In this document: positions 9,157-17,603 of the stretch, one piece after another
How the letters are laid out: the number at the start of each line of letters is the position of its first letter
Numbering within the stretch: the stretch's first letter is position 1
From: Candidatus Thorarchaeota archaeon
Lineage (GTDB): Archaea; Asgardarchaeota; Thorarchaeia; Thorarchaeales; Thorarchaeaceae
Length of the DNA stretch: 34,228 bases
Direction: 5' to 3'
NCBI GenBank assembly: GCA_020348985.1
Contig: CP070761.1
Location: 98,023-132,250, forward strand
Notes under the pieces: model-generated
What the model saw: only the letters and a program-made list of their open reading frames with translations
Database searches by the model: none
Told to the model about the DNA's origin: nothing
Translations under genes and position numbers: made by a program

Positions 9157-9585
9157 ATGGTCGTGGAACAGAAGCAACCCAGACCTCCGCGAACACGCGA
9201 AAGCGTAGAAGGCTGTCCAGTCTTCATTGCTGCACAGGTTCTAGGAAAGAAGTGGTCAATCCTAATTCTGCAGGAGATGATGTTCCCAGAGGCAAAGGAT
9301 GGGCTAAGATTCAGTGAGATACAGAGAGACCTTGACTGGATCACTCCAAAAGTGCTCTCACAAAGGCTATCAGAACTCAAGGAAATGGGAATCATTAGCA
9401 GAACTGTCGACCCTGACATGATTCCTCCGAGTGTAACCTATAAGCTCACCGAAAAGGGAATGGGTCTCCGAGACGCAATTGTAGCCATGCAGAACTGGGG
9501 CCGTGATCACGGTCACGAAGTCAATGATGATTGCGAAGGCGATAACTTCGTCGGATGTCACGACTGCAGAGCTCATGACATCTGA
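9157..9585 (+). CDS. HxlR (MarR/DUF24) family winged-helix regulator
   Basis: CPV...LGKKWSILIL, RFSEIQR, ITPKVLSQRLSEL, PPSVTYKLTEKG. Confidence 0.93.
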   Translation: MVVEQKQPRPPRTRESVEGCPVFIAAQVLGKKWSILILQEMMFPEAKDGLRFSEIQRDLDWITPKVLSQRLSELKEMGIISRTVDPDMIPPSVTYKLTEKGMGLRDAIVAMQNWGRDHGHEVNDDCEGDNFVGCHDCRAHDI

Positions 9586-9627
9586 CTTCGCTTCTTCAAG
9601 AACGCTGCTTGGGCTAGGAGCGCATAT

Positions 9628-10149
9628 CTATTGCTCTTCCTTCAGGCTATCCTCGATGATCTTGAGGATTTCATCTTCTACAGTGTTGGTCATTCTTGGC
9701 CGTGTCTTGATTCGCCCAATCTCTTTACCGGTGTCCTTTCTGAAAATGATGATTGTCGGACTGCTAGTTATTCCGAATGTGTCCACTTCAACCGGGCTTG
9801 GGGGTACTGCCCAGTTTCTTTTTGGAAACTCCCCATAGGGTGGCTTCACCATGCCTCCGAGTGCACGAATCTCGAAGTTGGTTTGCTCTTCCAATAGTGA
9901 AAGAACCGGTATCACTTTCCTCGCATCTCCGCACCAGTCCGCGAAGATTGCCACAATCGTGTAGTCGTTCTCATATTCTCGGAGTTTTTCAACGACAGGG
10001 ACCTTAAGATGATAATACTCACGTGCTCTCTTGAATCCGCCCCGATAGGCAGTCTTCATTGATTCTTGAATGTAGGTTGTGCAATCGGGACAGTCTTCTG
10101 TCACATCTGCCAGTGTTGGCTGCGTGCTGGGATCCGCTTCTGTCATCAT
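9628..10149 (-). CDS. Thioredoxin-fold protein (Thioredoxin_9-like)
   Basis: AIFADWCGDAR active-site region and cis-Pro TSSPTIII; RBS GGAGT before MMTEADP. Confidence 0.8.
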   Translation of the reverse strand: MMTEADPSTQPTLADVTEDCPDCTTYIQESMKTAYRGGFKRAREYYHLKVPVVEKLREYENDYTIVAIFADWCGDARKVIPVLSLLEEQTNFEIRALGGMVKPPYGEFPKRNWAVPPSPVEVDTFGITSSPTIIIFRKDTGKEIGRIKTRPRMTNTVEDEILKIIEDSLKEEQ

Positions 10150-10226
10150 TGGACTCCTTTGTCTGTTGCCTACCATTTCAAAGCATCGGTGTAGCACTGT
10201 GAAGTCGTCTGGTCAGACGAACTTGC

Positions 10227-10727
10227 TCAGTCTTCAGGCGGACAGTAGATGTCAGTCCCCTTCTCCCCTTTTTTGGTTTGCAGAGGCGCAGTTCTGATTA
10301 GTTTGATAACATCAGCAAGGTCTCTACCATGACGTTCCTCATCATGTTTCATGTGACCGAAGATCATCGCCGCGATGGGGTCTTGAACGTTCTCAAGAGC
10401 CTGAGAGAGGTAGTCGACCATTTCACTCTCTTTCGCCATAACCTTTTGCAGAGTTCTTTCAAGTTTTACACGATCGATGTATCTCTGCACTTTGGCACTC
10501 CACGTGTCACACGGAGTTGTAGTTAGAATCTCCACAATTCCTTCAAGCAAGTGTTTGTGTTTCCAAGTGTCAAGTCTCAATTCCATCAGAATGAGCCGCA
10601 CAGCCGGTTCTGAGGCAGCATCTTCCGCCTCTGAAAGTTCCTTCAGTGTTTTCTCTTCCACTTCTATCTGCTTCTCAAGAATCTCTATCAACTTCTCGTC
10701 AGTTGGTGAAATAGTTGCTACACTCAT
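10227..10727 (-). CDS. Ferritin-like (erythrin/rubrerythrin-like) four-helix protein lacking a rubredoxin domain
   Basis: QIEVE...DTWKH and KESE...DEERH diiron-type repeats; start MSVAT after GAGGGG. Confidence 0.8.
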   Translation of the reverse strand: MSVATISPTDEKLIEILEKQIEVEEKTLKELSEAEDAASEPAVRLILMELRLDTWKHKHLLEGIVEILTTTPCDTWSAKVQRYIDRVKLERTLQKVMAKESEMVDYLSQALENVQDPIAAMIFGHMKHDEERHGRDLADVIKLIRTAPLQTKKGEKGTDIYCPPED

Positions 10728-10812
10728 ATGTAACCCCTCAGAGTTAACAATAATGAAGTGGATGAGCATATAAGCCTATCTTTATGGATTCACAAATTTC
10801 GTCCCGGATAAT

Positions 10813-11403
10813 TCATCGCAATCGTGGAAAGAACCGTCCCGTCCTGTCCATGTACTCTTGGTACTCACTTCCAAACTCCTTCAAGAGCATTTCTTCCTCC
10901 ATCCTGGCAATCCACGGGAAAGGAATCGCCACAAGAACTGCGAAAAGCATTACGAGAAGGCTTGCTGTCGTTATTGAGAGCGAGATGGAGAACATGTTAA
11001 GCACAGTGTACATAGGATGTCGTGTTCTTGAGTAAGGTCCTGTTGTTATCAAGGCATGTTCTTCTTGAATGGCCAGTTCAGCGGAGTACTGCCTTCCGAG
11101 ATTGACGTGTATCCACCCGACTAGTATTACTGATAGCCCAGCAAAGAAGATACCGATCCAGCGGAGTAGAGAGGGAAGTGCCACATATGACCATTCTATC
11201 CATGGCAACGCAAGCAGATACAGAATGACAGTGCTCAAGTAACTTAGGATCGCAAAGACGAGGAACACCGTCGCCTTTGTCATGAATTCCTCTCTTCTTT
11301 CCGGAGTCCTTCTTGCGGATGGAACTCTAAACCTCATTCGGATTGCAAAGAAGACTGCATAGACAGCCAGAAAGAGTATGCGAAAGATTGTGTCTTCGTC
11401 CAT
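10813..11403 (-). CDS. Isoprenylcysteine carboxyl methyltransferase (ICMT/Ste14) family membrane methyltransferase
   Basis: LITTGPYSRTRHPMY and EEEMLLKEFGSEYQEYMDRTGRFFP signatures; several TM helices. Confidence 0.9.
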   Translation of the reverse strand: MDEDTIFRILFLAVYAVFFAIRMRFRVPSARRTPERREEFMTKATVFLVFAILSYLSTVILYLLALPWIEWSYVALPSLLRWIGIFFAGLSVILVGWIHVNLGRQYSAELAIQEEHALITTGPYSRTRHPMYTVLNMFSISLSITTASLLVMLFAVLVAIPFPWIARMEEEMLLKEFGSEYQEYMDRTGRFFPRLR

Positions 11404-11454
11404 TGTTTCTCCCTCAGTCTTACATGTTAATGACCGATACGCATAAAAAGATAC

Positions 11455-11492
11455 GCGTTAGTCAGTATTAGTAACGCCAAGTCATTTATAAT
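11455..11492. promoter_or_regulatory. Candidate TetR operator and TATA box in the divergent promoter region
   Basis: GCGTTA-N11-TAACGC (11455-11477) next to TTTATAAT (11485-11492). Confidence 0.4.
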
Positions 11493-11525
11493 GCATCCTC
11501 TGCGCAATGGAGAATGTGAAGCTTA

Positions 11526-12119
11526 ATGCCGAAGGTAGTCCCAGGATACAAGGAACAAGCAAGAAACCGCATTCTAAATGAAGCACGCAGTGTCTTCTCA
11601 GAGAAAGGATATCACAGCGCTACAATGGATGATGTTGCTAAAGCCCTGGGCGTCAGCAAGGGTGCAATCTATCAGTACTTCAGAAGCAAGAAGGAGCTGT
11701 TTCTAGCTGCACTTGACTACCATGCAGGAGTACGAGGAAGTGTTGTTCAGTCATTTTTGCAAGAGGGTGGTCTCAAGGCTTTGTGTACCGAGGAGTTCTT
11801 TGACCGTATGCGAGAAGAATCAATGGGGAGTCTGTTGCTCAACTATGATCTGCTGAGAGTGGCCCTAAGTGATGACACGCTACGCAAGCAACTAAGAGTG
11901 AAACATGAACAATGGGTTAAGGGCGTTGCCGAAATGATTCAACACTCACTCGGAGAAAAAGAAGTCTCTGATGAAGTAGACTTCTTGTCACTGGCTAGAG
12001 CTGTCTTGGCCATCCGGGATGGATTGTATGGTTCCCTCATTGTTGGGGGGGACGCAAAGAAAGCAAGAAGGGCCTGGTCAGTTTCAATGACAAGGTTACT
12101 TGGAAGTGTTCTTGACTAG
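11526..12119 (+). CDS. TetR/AcrR family transcriptional regulator
   Basis: FSEKGYHSATMDDVAKALGVSKGAIYQYFRSKKELF helix-turn-helix; divergent from the ICMT gene. Confidence 0.95.
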   Translation: MPKVVPGYKEQARNRILNEARSVFSEKGYHSATMDDVAKALGVSKGAIYQYFRSKKELFLAALDYHAGVRGSVVQSFLQEGGLKALCTEEFFDRMREESMGSLLLNYDLLRVALSDDTLRKQLRVKHEQWVKGVAEMIQHSLGEKEVSDEVDFLSLARAVLAIRDGLYGSLIVGGDAKKARRAWSVSMTRLLGSVLD

Positions 12120-12213
12120 TTCTATGCTCTTTCATCCGGCGGTGCTCTAGGCCCAACTTCAATCTCTTGTACTCCATTTGCGGAAAGGTCCATATCGAAC
12201 CATGAACCAAGAG

Positions 12214-13218
12214 TCACAGGAAGGGCAGCTCTCTCATTTCTGGGTGGTCAAATTCAGCTTCCTTCTCGGCCTCATTCCCTAGAAACTGGTTGACCATTAA
12301 CGCTGCGTAGTTGCCAGTTCCAACAGCCATTGCTACTTGCTGAGTAATAGCCCTACAATCACCCGCAGCCCAGACACCTTCGACGTTCGTTTTGCCCCTC
12401 TTGTCTGTCACGATATTGCCCTTGTCATCCACTTCAATGCCTAGTGCTTGAGCAATCTCAGTACGGGGTTTGGCAACAAATGCGACGAAGAACACGTCCG
12501 CCGATAATCTCTCTCCAGATTCCAAAACAAGTGTCTGAGACGTACCGGGCATGATGAAACGGACTGACTTGATTTTCCCACTGGTCCATGGAAACGGCGA
12601 CTCATCAAGTTTCGAAAAATCTTGGTCTCGAAATGGAACATACGCGTCCTCGGTCATGAGGATTCGTATCTTCTTGGTGAATCTGGCAACAGAGTTTGCG
12701 ATGTGAAGGGCACTGCCAACTGTACCAACATTTACGACCAAAACCCTCTTGCCCTTGGTTAGCGGCGCCTCGCAATCTGGGCAATAAAATGCACCATTGC
12801 CTGCGTTTGCTATTGGAAGCCACTTGCGCCAATGGCCATCAACGATTGGGTGCTTTCTCGCCGTTCCAGTTGCGAAGATGATTGTCTTTGCTTTGTAAAG
12901 TGAGCGATCTTTTGTACGATAGCTCGGCTCAGTTTCCACCGTGAATTCAGGGTAGGCTCCAGATACTTCGCACACGTTTGCAGGCCTAAACTTGGCTCCC
13001 GCTCCTTTGGCAGCCCCACTTAGTTGGCGAATGAGAGTTCTTCCTTCAGTGTAGGCCATCCCTGTTGAGAAATTCATAATAGAATTCGTATGAAAATGCA
13101 TTGGGCTGGTTCCTCTGTCAAGAACCAGAACCTTCCTTTTGTGATATCCGAGATGAAGAGCGGCGGAACAGCCAGCAGGTCCTCCCCCAATTATGATGGT
13201 GTCATAGACAATGGACAA
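12214..13218 (-). CDS. TrxB-like FAD-dependent oxidoreductase (CPDC), atypical nucleotide-binding domain
   Basis: IIGGGPAG, FATG, YCPDCE, TNVEGVWAAGD. TTG start proposed at 13218. Confidence 0.88.
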   Translation of the reverse strand: MSIVYDTIIIGGGPAGCSAALHLGYHKRKVLVLDRGTSPMHFHTNSIMNFSTGMAYTEGRTLIRQLSGAAKGAGAKFRPANVCEVSGAYPEFTVETEPSYRTKDRSLYKAKTIIFATGTARKHPIVDGHWRKWLPIANAGNGAFYCPDCEAPLTKGKRVLVVNVGTVGSALHIANSVARFTKKIRILMTEDAYVPFRDQDFSKLDESPFPWTSGKIKSVRFIMPGTSQTLVLESGERLSADVFFVAFVAKPRTEIAQALGIEVDDKGNIVTDKRGKTNVEGVWAAGDCRAITQQVAMAVGTGNYAALMVNQFLGNEAEKEAEFDHPEMRELPFL

Positions 13219-13427
13219 TGATAAGCCCCTATGACGACCAAATTCCATATCTAATAACTGAATCGCTCCGACCGAGAAACATCACAAGATACTGGTCGCC
13301 CTAAGGGTCAACCAATTCTTTTGAAACACAATTCGTACCAAATATGGGATTCTGAATAGAAACTCAATGCCAAATAATTGAGTACAATCGATAGCCTCAA
13401 ATCTGAATTGGCGGGAATCTACAGGAA

Positions 13428-13970
13428 CTACTTGTAAGTTCTCTCAAGGACTCTGAATATTGCTTGTTCGCAATTGATGAGCTTCTCTCTCTGTTCTGAA
13501 TTGAGCTTTCCAAGAAGAGATTCTCTACACTTCAGGACGAATTCATTTTCTAGGCCATTAGCCCGCAACTCTCCGAGACTGAGCTTCTTCTGTCCCAGCT
13601 TCAACCGACCAGATATTCCACCCTCCGATTTTAGCTCGATAACATCTATGTCGGCGAATCGGAACAGCTCCCCCTCAGTTCTCGTTCGCAGTCCATCGGG
13701 CAACTCGCTGACACTACAATATTCGAGACCAACCATGAGAGCCTTTACATCCATAGGATCGAGGCCGGTTTCAAACTCTACTCTGATTGAGCGGGCCCAT
13801 GATCCCCCTACTGCTTGAGAAGAAACCCATTCACGTTTCAAAGGCAGTGATGAAGCCAAGGCTTCCATGATAAGCACAATGCGTTCATAATTCTCTTCAT
13901 ACAATCCCTGAGCATCAAAGCAGTCAATGTATACTCTTTTTGGTCCTTGGTCTTCATTCATTGACATCAT
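13428..13970 (-). CDS. Hypothetical protein with HPPK/CitX-like motifs
   Basis: Fills the gap between genes. Start moved to MMSMNED to avoid overlap with the divergent gene. Motifs ETGLDPMDVKALMVGLE and RFADIDVI. Confidence 0.65.
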   Translation of the reverse strand: MMSMNEDQGPKRVYIDCFDAQGLYEENYERIVLIMEALASSLPLKREWVSSQAVGGSWARSIRVEFETGLDPMDVKALMVGLEYCSVSELPDGLRTRTEGELFRFADIDVIELKSEGGISGRLKLGQKKLSLGELRANGLENEFVLKCRESLLGKLNSEQREKLINCEQAIFRVLERTYK

Positions 13971-14070
13971 CTTGTACAATCTGGATATTTGAGTTGGTCC
14001 TGCCCCAACAGATAAATCCAGTGATACCCACTCTCTGATGAACAGTCTGATAGTTGTTGAGAGAGTTTTC

Positions 14071-15171
14071 ATGAGCTTCCGCAGGAAAAAAGGGCCCAAA
14101 GTCAGTGTCGAACAGATTGAAACATTGCTTCAAGACTCCACAGTCTTGGAGTTTGCCGGCAGTGGAGACCCCCACGAAGAATATGGCAAGGTTAGATTGC
14201 TGCTTGAGAATCTGAAGGCATGTCCTCCAGATGTATTGCTCTTTGATGGAGACTTTTTGGCTGAGCCTGCATATCTCAAGACCAGTCAAGATATTGAAGC
14301 AATTGCCGAAAAGTCCGTAGAGAAACTCACAAGCCTCCTTGAACTCTTGGTTGATTCTCCTTCACCTTCACTCTGCGTTGCCGGGAACTATGAGATTCTA
14401 GGCAGCACTTATGACGCGATTGAGGCAATCTCATCTGACAGATTGTTGGATATTGGATGTGATAAAACATCTGAACCACGAATCGACCAAATTCATGAAG
14501 ATTCTGTTTTTATGGACCTCTACACTGAACGGACGACCTGGTCGGGAGGCGTCTACGAAATTGGTGGCTTCGCCTTGTTGGGAGTAGAGGGATCCAATCC
14601 AATTAACTCAACATTCCCAGGAGAACGCTCAGAAGAGAATCTCAAGTGGGCATTTCCGGAAACGACTTCGAAAGCTAGTGTCGGGTCTCAGAATCACATA
14701 ATTGCAACTCACGGCCCGCCCTTTGGATATCGGGATCGTCTTGGCAAGTTTGGTGTGCCTCCACATCTTTGGGGTGCACAGAAGGGCAGCGTTGCTCTGC
14801 GCAACTATGTCGATTCGCAGAAGCCTTTCATGACAGTAGTTGGACACATTCACGAAGCTTTCGGAGTGCACGTTCGCTCTACTGATAAACAGACGGGTGA
14901 GACAAAGGAAACAGTCATCGACAAGGATTTTGGCAACAGAACCAAGATAATCATCGGCTATGACAAGAATAAGGCTGATGTTTCGATCACCTTGAACAAA
15001 GGCACGCTAGAATACTGGAACTGGTCAAGGGTACGAATTGCTGAAGAAGACTCGTATCGTTTGGTTGACATTGAGGGAGAATGGCTGGATAAAAAGGGAC
15101 GCAAGAAGCCTTTCAAGAAGTGCAGTCAGATTATTGATCTCAACGATGCTGTTACATATCTGCTTTCCTAG
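14071..15171 (+). CDS. Calcineurin-like metallophosphoesterase (Icc-related)
   Basis: GDPH, DGDF, GNYE, THGPP and GHIHE metal-binding motifs. Confidence 0.9.
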   Translation: MSFRRKKGPKVSVEQIETLLQDSTVLEFAGSGDPHEEYGKVRLLLENLKACPPDVLLFDGDFLAEPAYLKTSQDIEAIAEKSVEKLTSLLELLVDSPSPSLCVAGNYEILGSTYDAIEAISSDRLLDIGCDKTSEPRIDQIHEDSVFMDLYTERTTWSGGVYEIGGFALLGVEGSNPINSTFPGERSEENLKWAFPETTSKASVGSQNHIIATHGPPFGYRDRLGKFGVPPHLWGAQKGSVALRNYVDSQKPFMTVVGHIHEAFGVHVRSTDKQTGETKETVIDKDFGNRTKIIIGYDKNKADVSITLNKGTLEYWNWSRVRIAEEDSYRLVDIEGEWLDKKGRKKPFKKCSQIIDLNDAVTYLLS

Positions 15172-15227
15172 ATGATTGGCCTCAGAAGAGCAGTTTCAGA
15201 GACAAGCTACAAGATGAACTCGAATGA

Positions 15228-15647
15228 TTACTTCTCTTTCCGACTTCTTCTTAGCTCAGGAAAAACCCATCTGCTGGCCTGCTCCCTTGATTCTACCATC
15301 TTCTGATTCTCTAGCCATTTTAGCAGAGCTCGGATCTTGTCTTCAGGAAGACCGGTTTCACGGCGAATCTCCTCAATCTTCACTGTTCCACCATGACGGG
15401 CTGCGATATGTATGATCTTTTCGGTGCGCCGAGTGTCTCTAACGGGAATCAGAATAAGAAGGAGCGCTGAAAAGGAGAGGACAAGACTTGTCGCCATACC
15501 TGTCGTACCCTCTTCTGTCGGTCCGTAGGCCAAGTAGGTCAAGACTCCTGACACCATCATCCCAAAGACAATGATTGCAGCAAAGAAGAACAGCCGCTGA
15601 CGTCTACGCTTCACCTTTTTTGTCAATTTCTCAACATCTTCTGCCAT
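15228..15647 (-). CDS. Two-TM membrane protein with C-terminal winged-helix domain
   Basis: Basic N-terminus, two hydrophobic helices, then GGTVKIEEIRRETGLPEDKIRALLKWLENQKMV...WVFPEL. Confidence 0.75.
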   Translation of the reverse strand: MAEDVEKLTKKVKRRRQRLFFFAAIIVFGMMVSGVLTYLAYGPTEEGTTGMATSLVLSFSALLLILIPVRDTRRTEKIIHIAARHGGTVKIEEIRRETGLPEDKIRALLKWLENQKMVESREQASRWVFPELRRSRKEK

Positions 15648-15665
15648 CTACTCTTCACCAAAGAC

Positions 15666-15690
15666 AAAAAAAAAGGGGGAGGGGTGGTAT
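15666..15690 (-). terminator. Archaeal oligo-U terminator
   Basis: On the minus strand a pyrimidine run (CCCCTCCCC) followed by T9 (15674-15666), about 20 nt after the stop of the small-subunit gene. Confidence 0.6.
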
Positions 15691-15693
15691 AAG

Positions 15694-15918
15694 TCACTTG
15701 GGGCGACGATACCACATGACATAGAGAAACAATGCAAGCATACCGTATGTGAATGTCAGACCTAAAAAGTACGACACTGCGGCCAGTATATTGGCACCAA
15801 TCACAATCAAGTATGCCGCAAGTACTCCGCCTATGATTGCCACAATCAGAAGCAGAATCACTCCACCCATCATTCCAAATCTTTCAAACGGTCCAAAGAT
15901 AATATCCGCAAGACCCAT
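15694..15918 (-). CDS. Small membrane protein, putative MetS-like NSS accessory subunit
   Basis: 74 aa with two TM segments; starts 2 nt after the NSS stop; ends YGMLALFLYVMWYRRPK. Confidence 0.7.
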   Translation of the reverse strand: MGLADIIFGPFERFGMMGGVILLLIVAIIGGVLAAYLIVIGANILAAVSYFLGLTFTYGMLALFLYVMWYRRPK

Positions 15919-15920
15919 CG

Positions 15921-17471
15921 TCAGTCAACCCCCTTCATTCGCCACAGTATTATTGCGAATATCACAACTATACCGAACCATATGAACGGAATCTGAAACA
16001 GCAGTGGTGCTGTTCCTGGATCATCTGCTATTACACCTGGCATGTAGAAGCCTTGCAACGCCACAAACACGAGGGCTATGGCTATGCCAATAGGTGAAAC
16101 TATCTTTACGACCCATGTGTACCAAGACGGAAGTTTGAAATCGCCTGACTCGTTTGCCGCGTCAATGATTTTCGATCCACCCCAGACCCAGGCCATGATT
16201 AGCATCATGAATAGCGCTACTATGGCCAGGCCAAAGAACTCAACGTAGTAGTCAAAGATGTCCAGTAGGTACAGACCCCACGATACATCTTCCCCACCTG
16301 CGCTTCCTGGAGCTTCAAACCATGAAGCAAATGGCAGTCCCATGACGAACAGCAAGAGAACTATTACTATCACGGTCCGATTGCGCGGCCATCCCCACTT
16401 GTCCATTACCGCGGTAACGATAGCCTCCGTTAGGGAAACGGCGCTGGTTATTCCGAGGAGGACCATCATAATGAAGAACACAAACCCAAGAAGGTTTCCA
16501 CCAACTCCGGTCATTCCTCCTGGCCACGCAATGAACGCCCATCCTGCTCCTCCGGCGCCCAATACACCAGCAGTCGCAGCAATCGGGAATACTGCAAGCC
16601 CTGCAGTGAACGCGAACGTAGTGTCAAGAAGGCTTGTGGTCACGGCGCTGTTCGTGAGTTCACCTTTTCGAGGCAAATAGCTGGCATAGGCTGTAAGAAT
16701 ACCCATACCCGCACTTAACTTGAAAAAGCTCAAACCTGTCGCTTTCCCAATCATTTCCACGTAGTCGAAATCTACTCTTAGAGGATCAAGGTAGAAGTCG
16801 ATTCCTTCAGCTGCGCCTGGCTGAGCCAATGCAAAGAGTGCCATCATAATGATTACAATCCACAGAAGTGGGAAGAAAATCATGACTGACCTCTCAATAC
16901 CACGTGTCCCGAAGTAGTCTATGATGAATATCACTATCCACACAGCAATTAGTCCTACAACGGTCAGTGGTGACAGCAGTACATTTACGAAGAAATACGG
17001 TTGATCCAAGAAAGTAGGTGCAACTCCCGGTGCGACCTCCATTGCTCCAGGCAAAGGAGCCATCGTTAAAGCATAACCAGCATAGACGGCAGCCCAGCCA
17101 ATTATGACTACATAGAACGAAGTGAGAATCGCAGCGTTCACTAGAGTGAACCAACCAAGGAATTCACCTCCCGGGTGAATACGCTTCAGTGCACCCGGAA
17201 ATCCGCGTCTAAAAGTAGAGCCCAACACGAACTCTGTCAGTACAACTGGAATACCAATCAAAGCGAGAAGCACTAAGTAGATCAGTACAAATGGACCTCC
17301 ACCAAGTACTGACACTTTGAATGGCCAATTCCACACATTTCCAAGCCCGGTCATTGAGCCCCAGACTGCAAAAATGAAACCCATTCTTGTAATCCAGGTC
17401 TCACGGGCAACCTCCGCTTCGACTGAAGATACTTCTGAAGGCATTTCTTCATCCATTTCTCTCTTCTCCAA
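15921..17471 (-). CDS. Neurotransmitter:sodium symporter (NSS/SLC6, LeuT-like) amino-acid transporter
   Basis: RETW...GLGNVW, GGGPF, YASY, GITSAVS; about 11-12 TM helices. Start is TTG 17471 or ATG 17456. Confidence 0.93.
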   Translation of the reverse strand: MEKREMDEEMPSEVSSVEAEVARETWITRMGFIFAVWGSMTGLGNVWNWPFKVSVLGGGPFVLIYLVLLALIGIPVVLTEFVLGSTFRRGFPGALKRIHPGGEFLGWFTLVNAAILTSFYVVIIGWAAVYAGYALTMAPLPGAMEVAPGVAPTFLDQPYFFVNVLLSPLTVVGLIAVWIVIFIIDYFGTRGIERSVMIFFPLLWIVIIMMALFALAQPGAAEGIDFYLDPLRVDFDYVEMIGKATGLSFFKLSAGMGILTAYASYLPRKGELTNSAVTTSLLDTTFAFTAGLAVFPIAATAGVLGAGGAGWAFIAWPGGMTGVGGNLLGFVFFIMMVLLGITSAVSLTEAIVTAVMDKWGWPRNRTVIVIVLLLFVMGLPFASWFEAPGSAGGEDVSWGLYLLDIFDYYVEFFGLAIVALFMMLIMAWVWGGSKIIDAANESGDFKLPSWYTWVVKIVSPIGIAIALVFVALQGFYMPGVIADDPGTAPLLFQIPFIWFGIVVIFAIILWRMKGVD

Positions 17472-17527
17472 GCGAATGTCTCACATGTAGTTCTCTCCGT
17501 GGAATAAATCGTTTTTGGCCGAGTTTT

Positions 17528-17603
17528 GTTACGTCATTTGACGAATTCCTGAGGTTTAGTTACGAATGTAACTCTGTCATTTTACCTAAGTTACCAATTC
17601 AAC
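17528..17603. promoter_or_regulatory. Operator array upstream of the NSS transporter
   Basis: Palindromes AGTTAC-GAAT-GTAACT (17558-17573) and CGTCA-TT-TGACG (17532-17543); GTTAC at 17528, 17559 and 17590. Confidence 0.5.

Noticed and set aside
10813-11403. ICMT as evidence of eukaryote-like protein prenylation
   Set aside because: This family is widespread in prokaryotes; there is no prenyltransferase or CaaX context, and the TetR-divergent layout suggests a small-molecule substrate.
13971-14099. Overlapping head-to-head ORFs as given in the ORF track
   Set aside because: Resolved by downstream starts (13970 and 14071); the extensions look non-coding.
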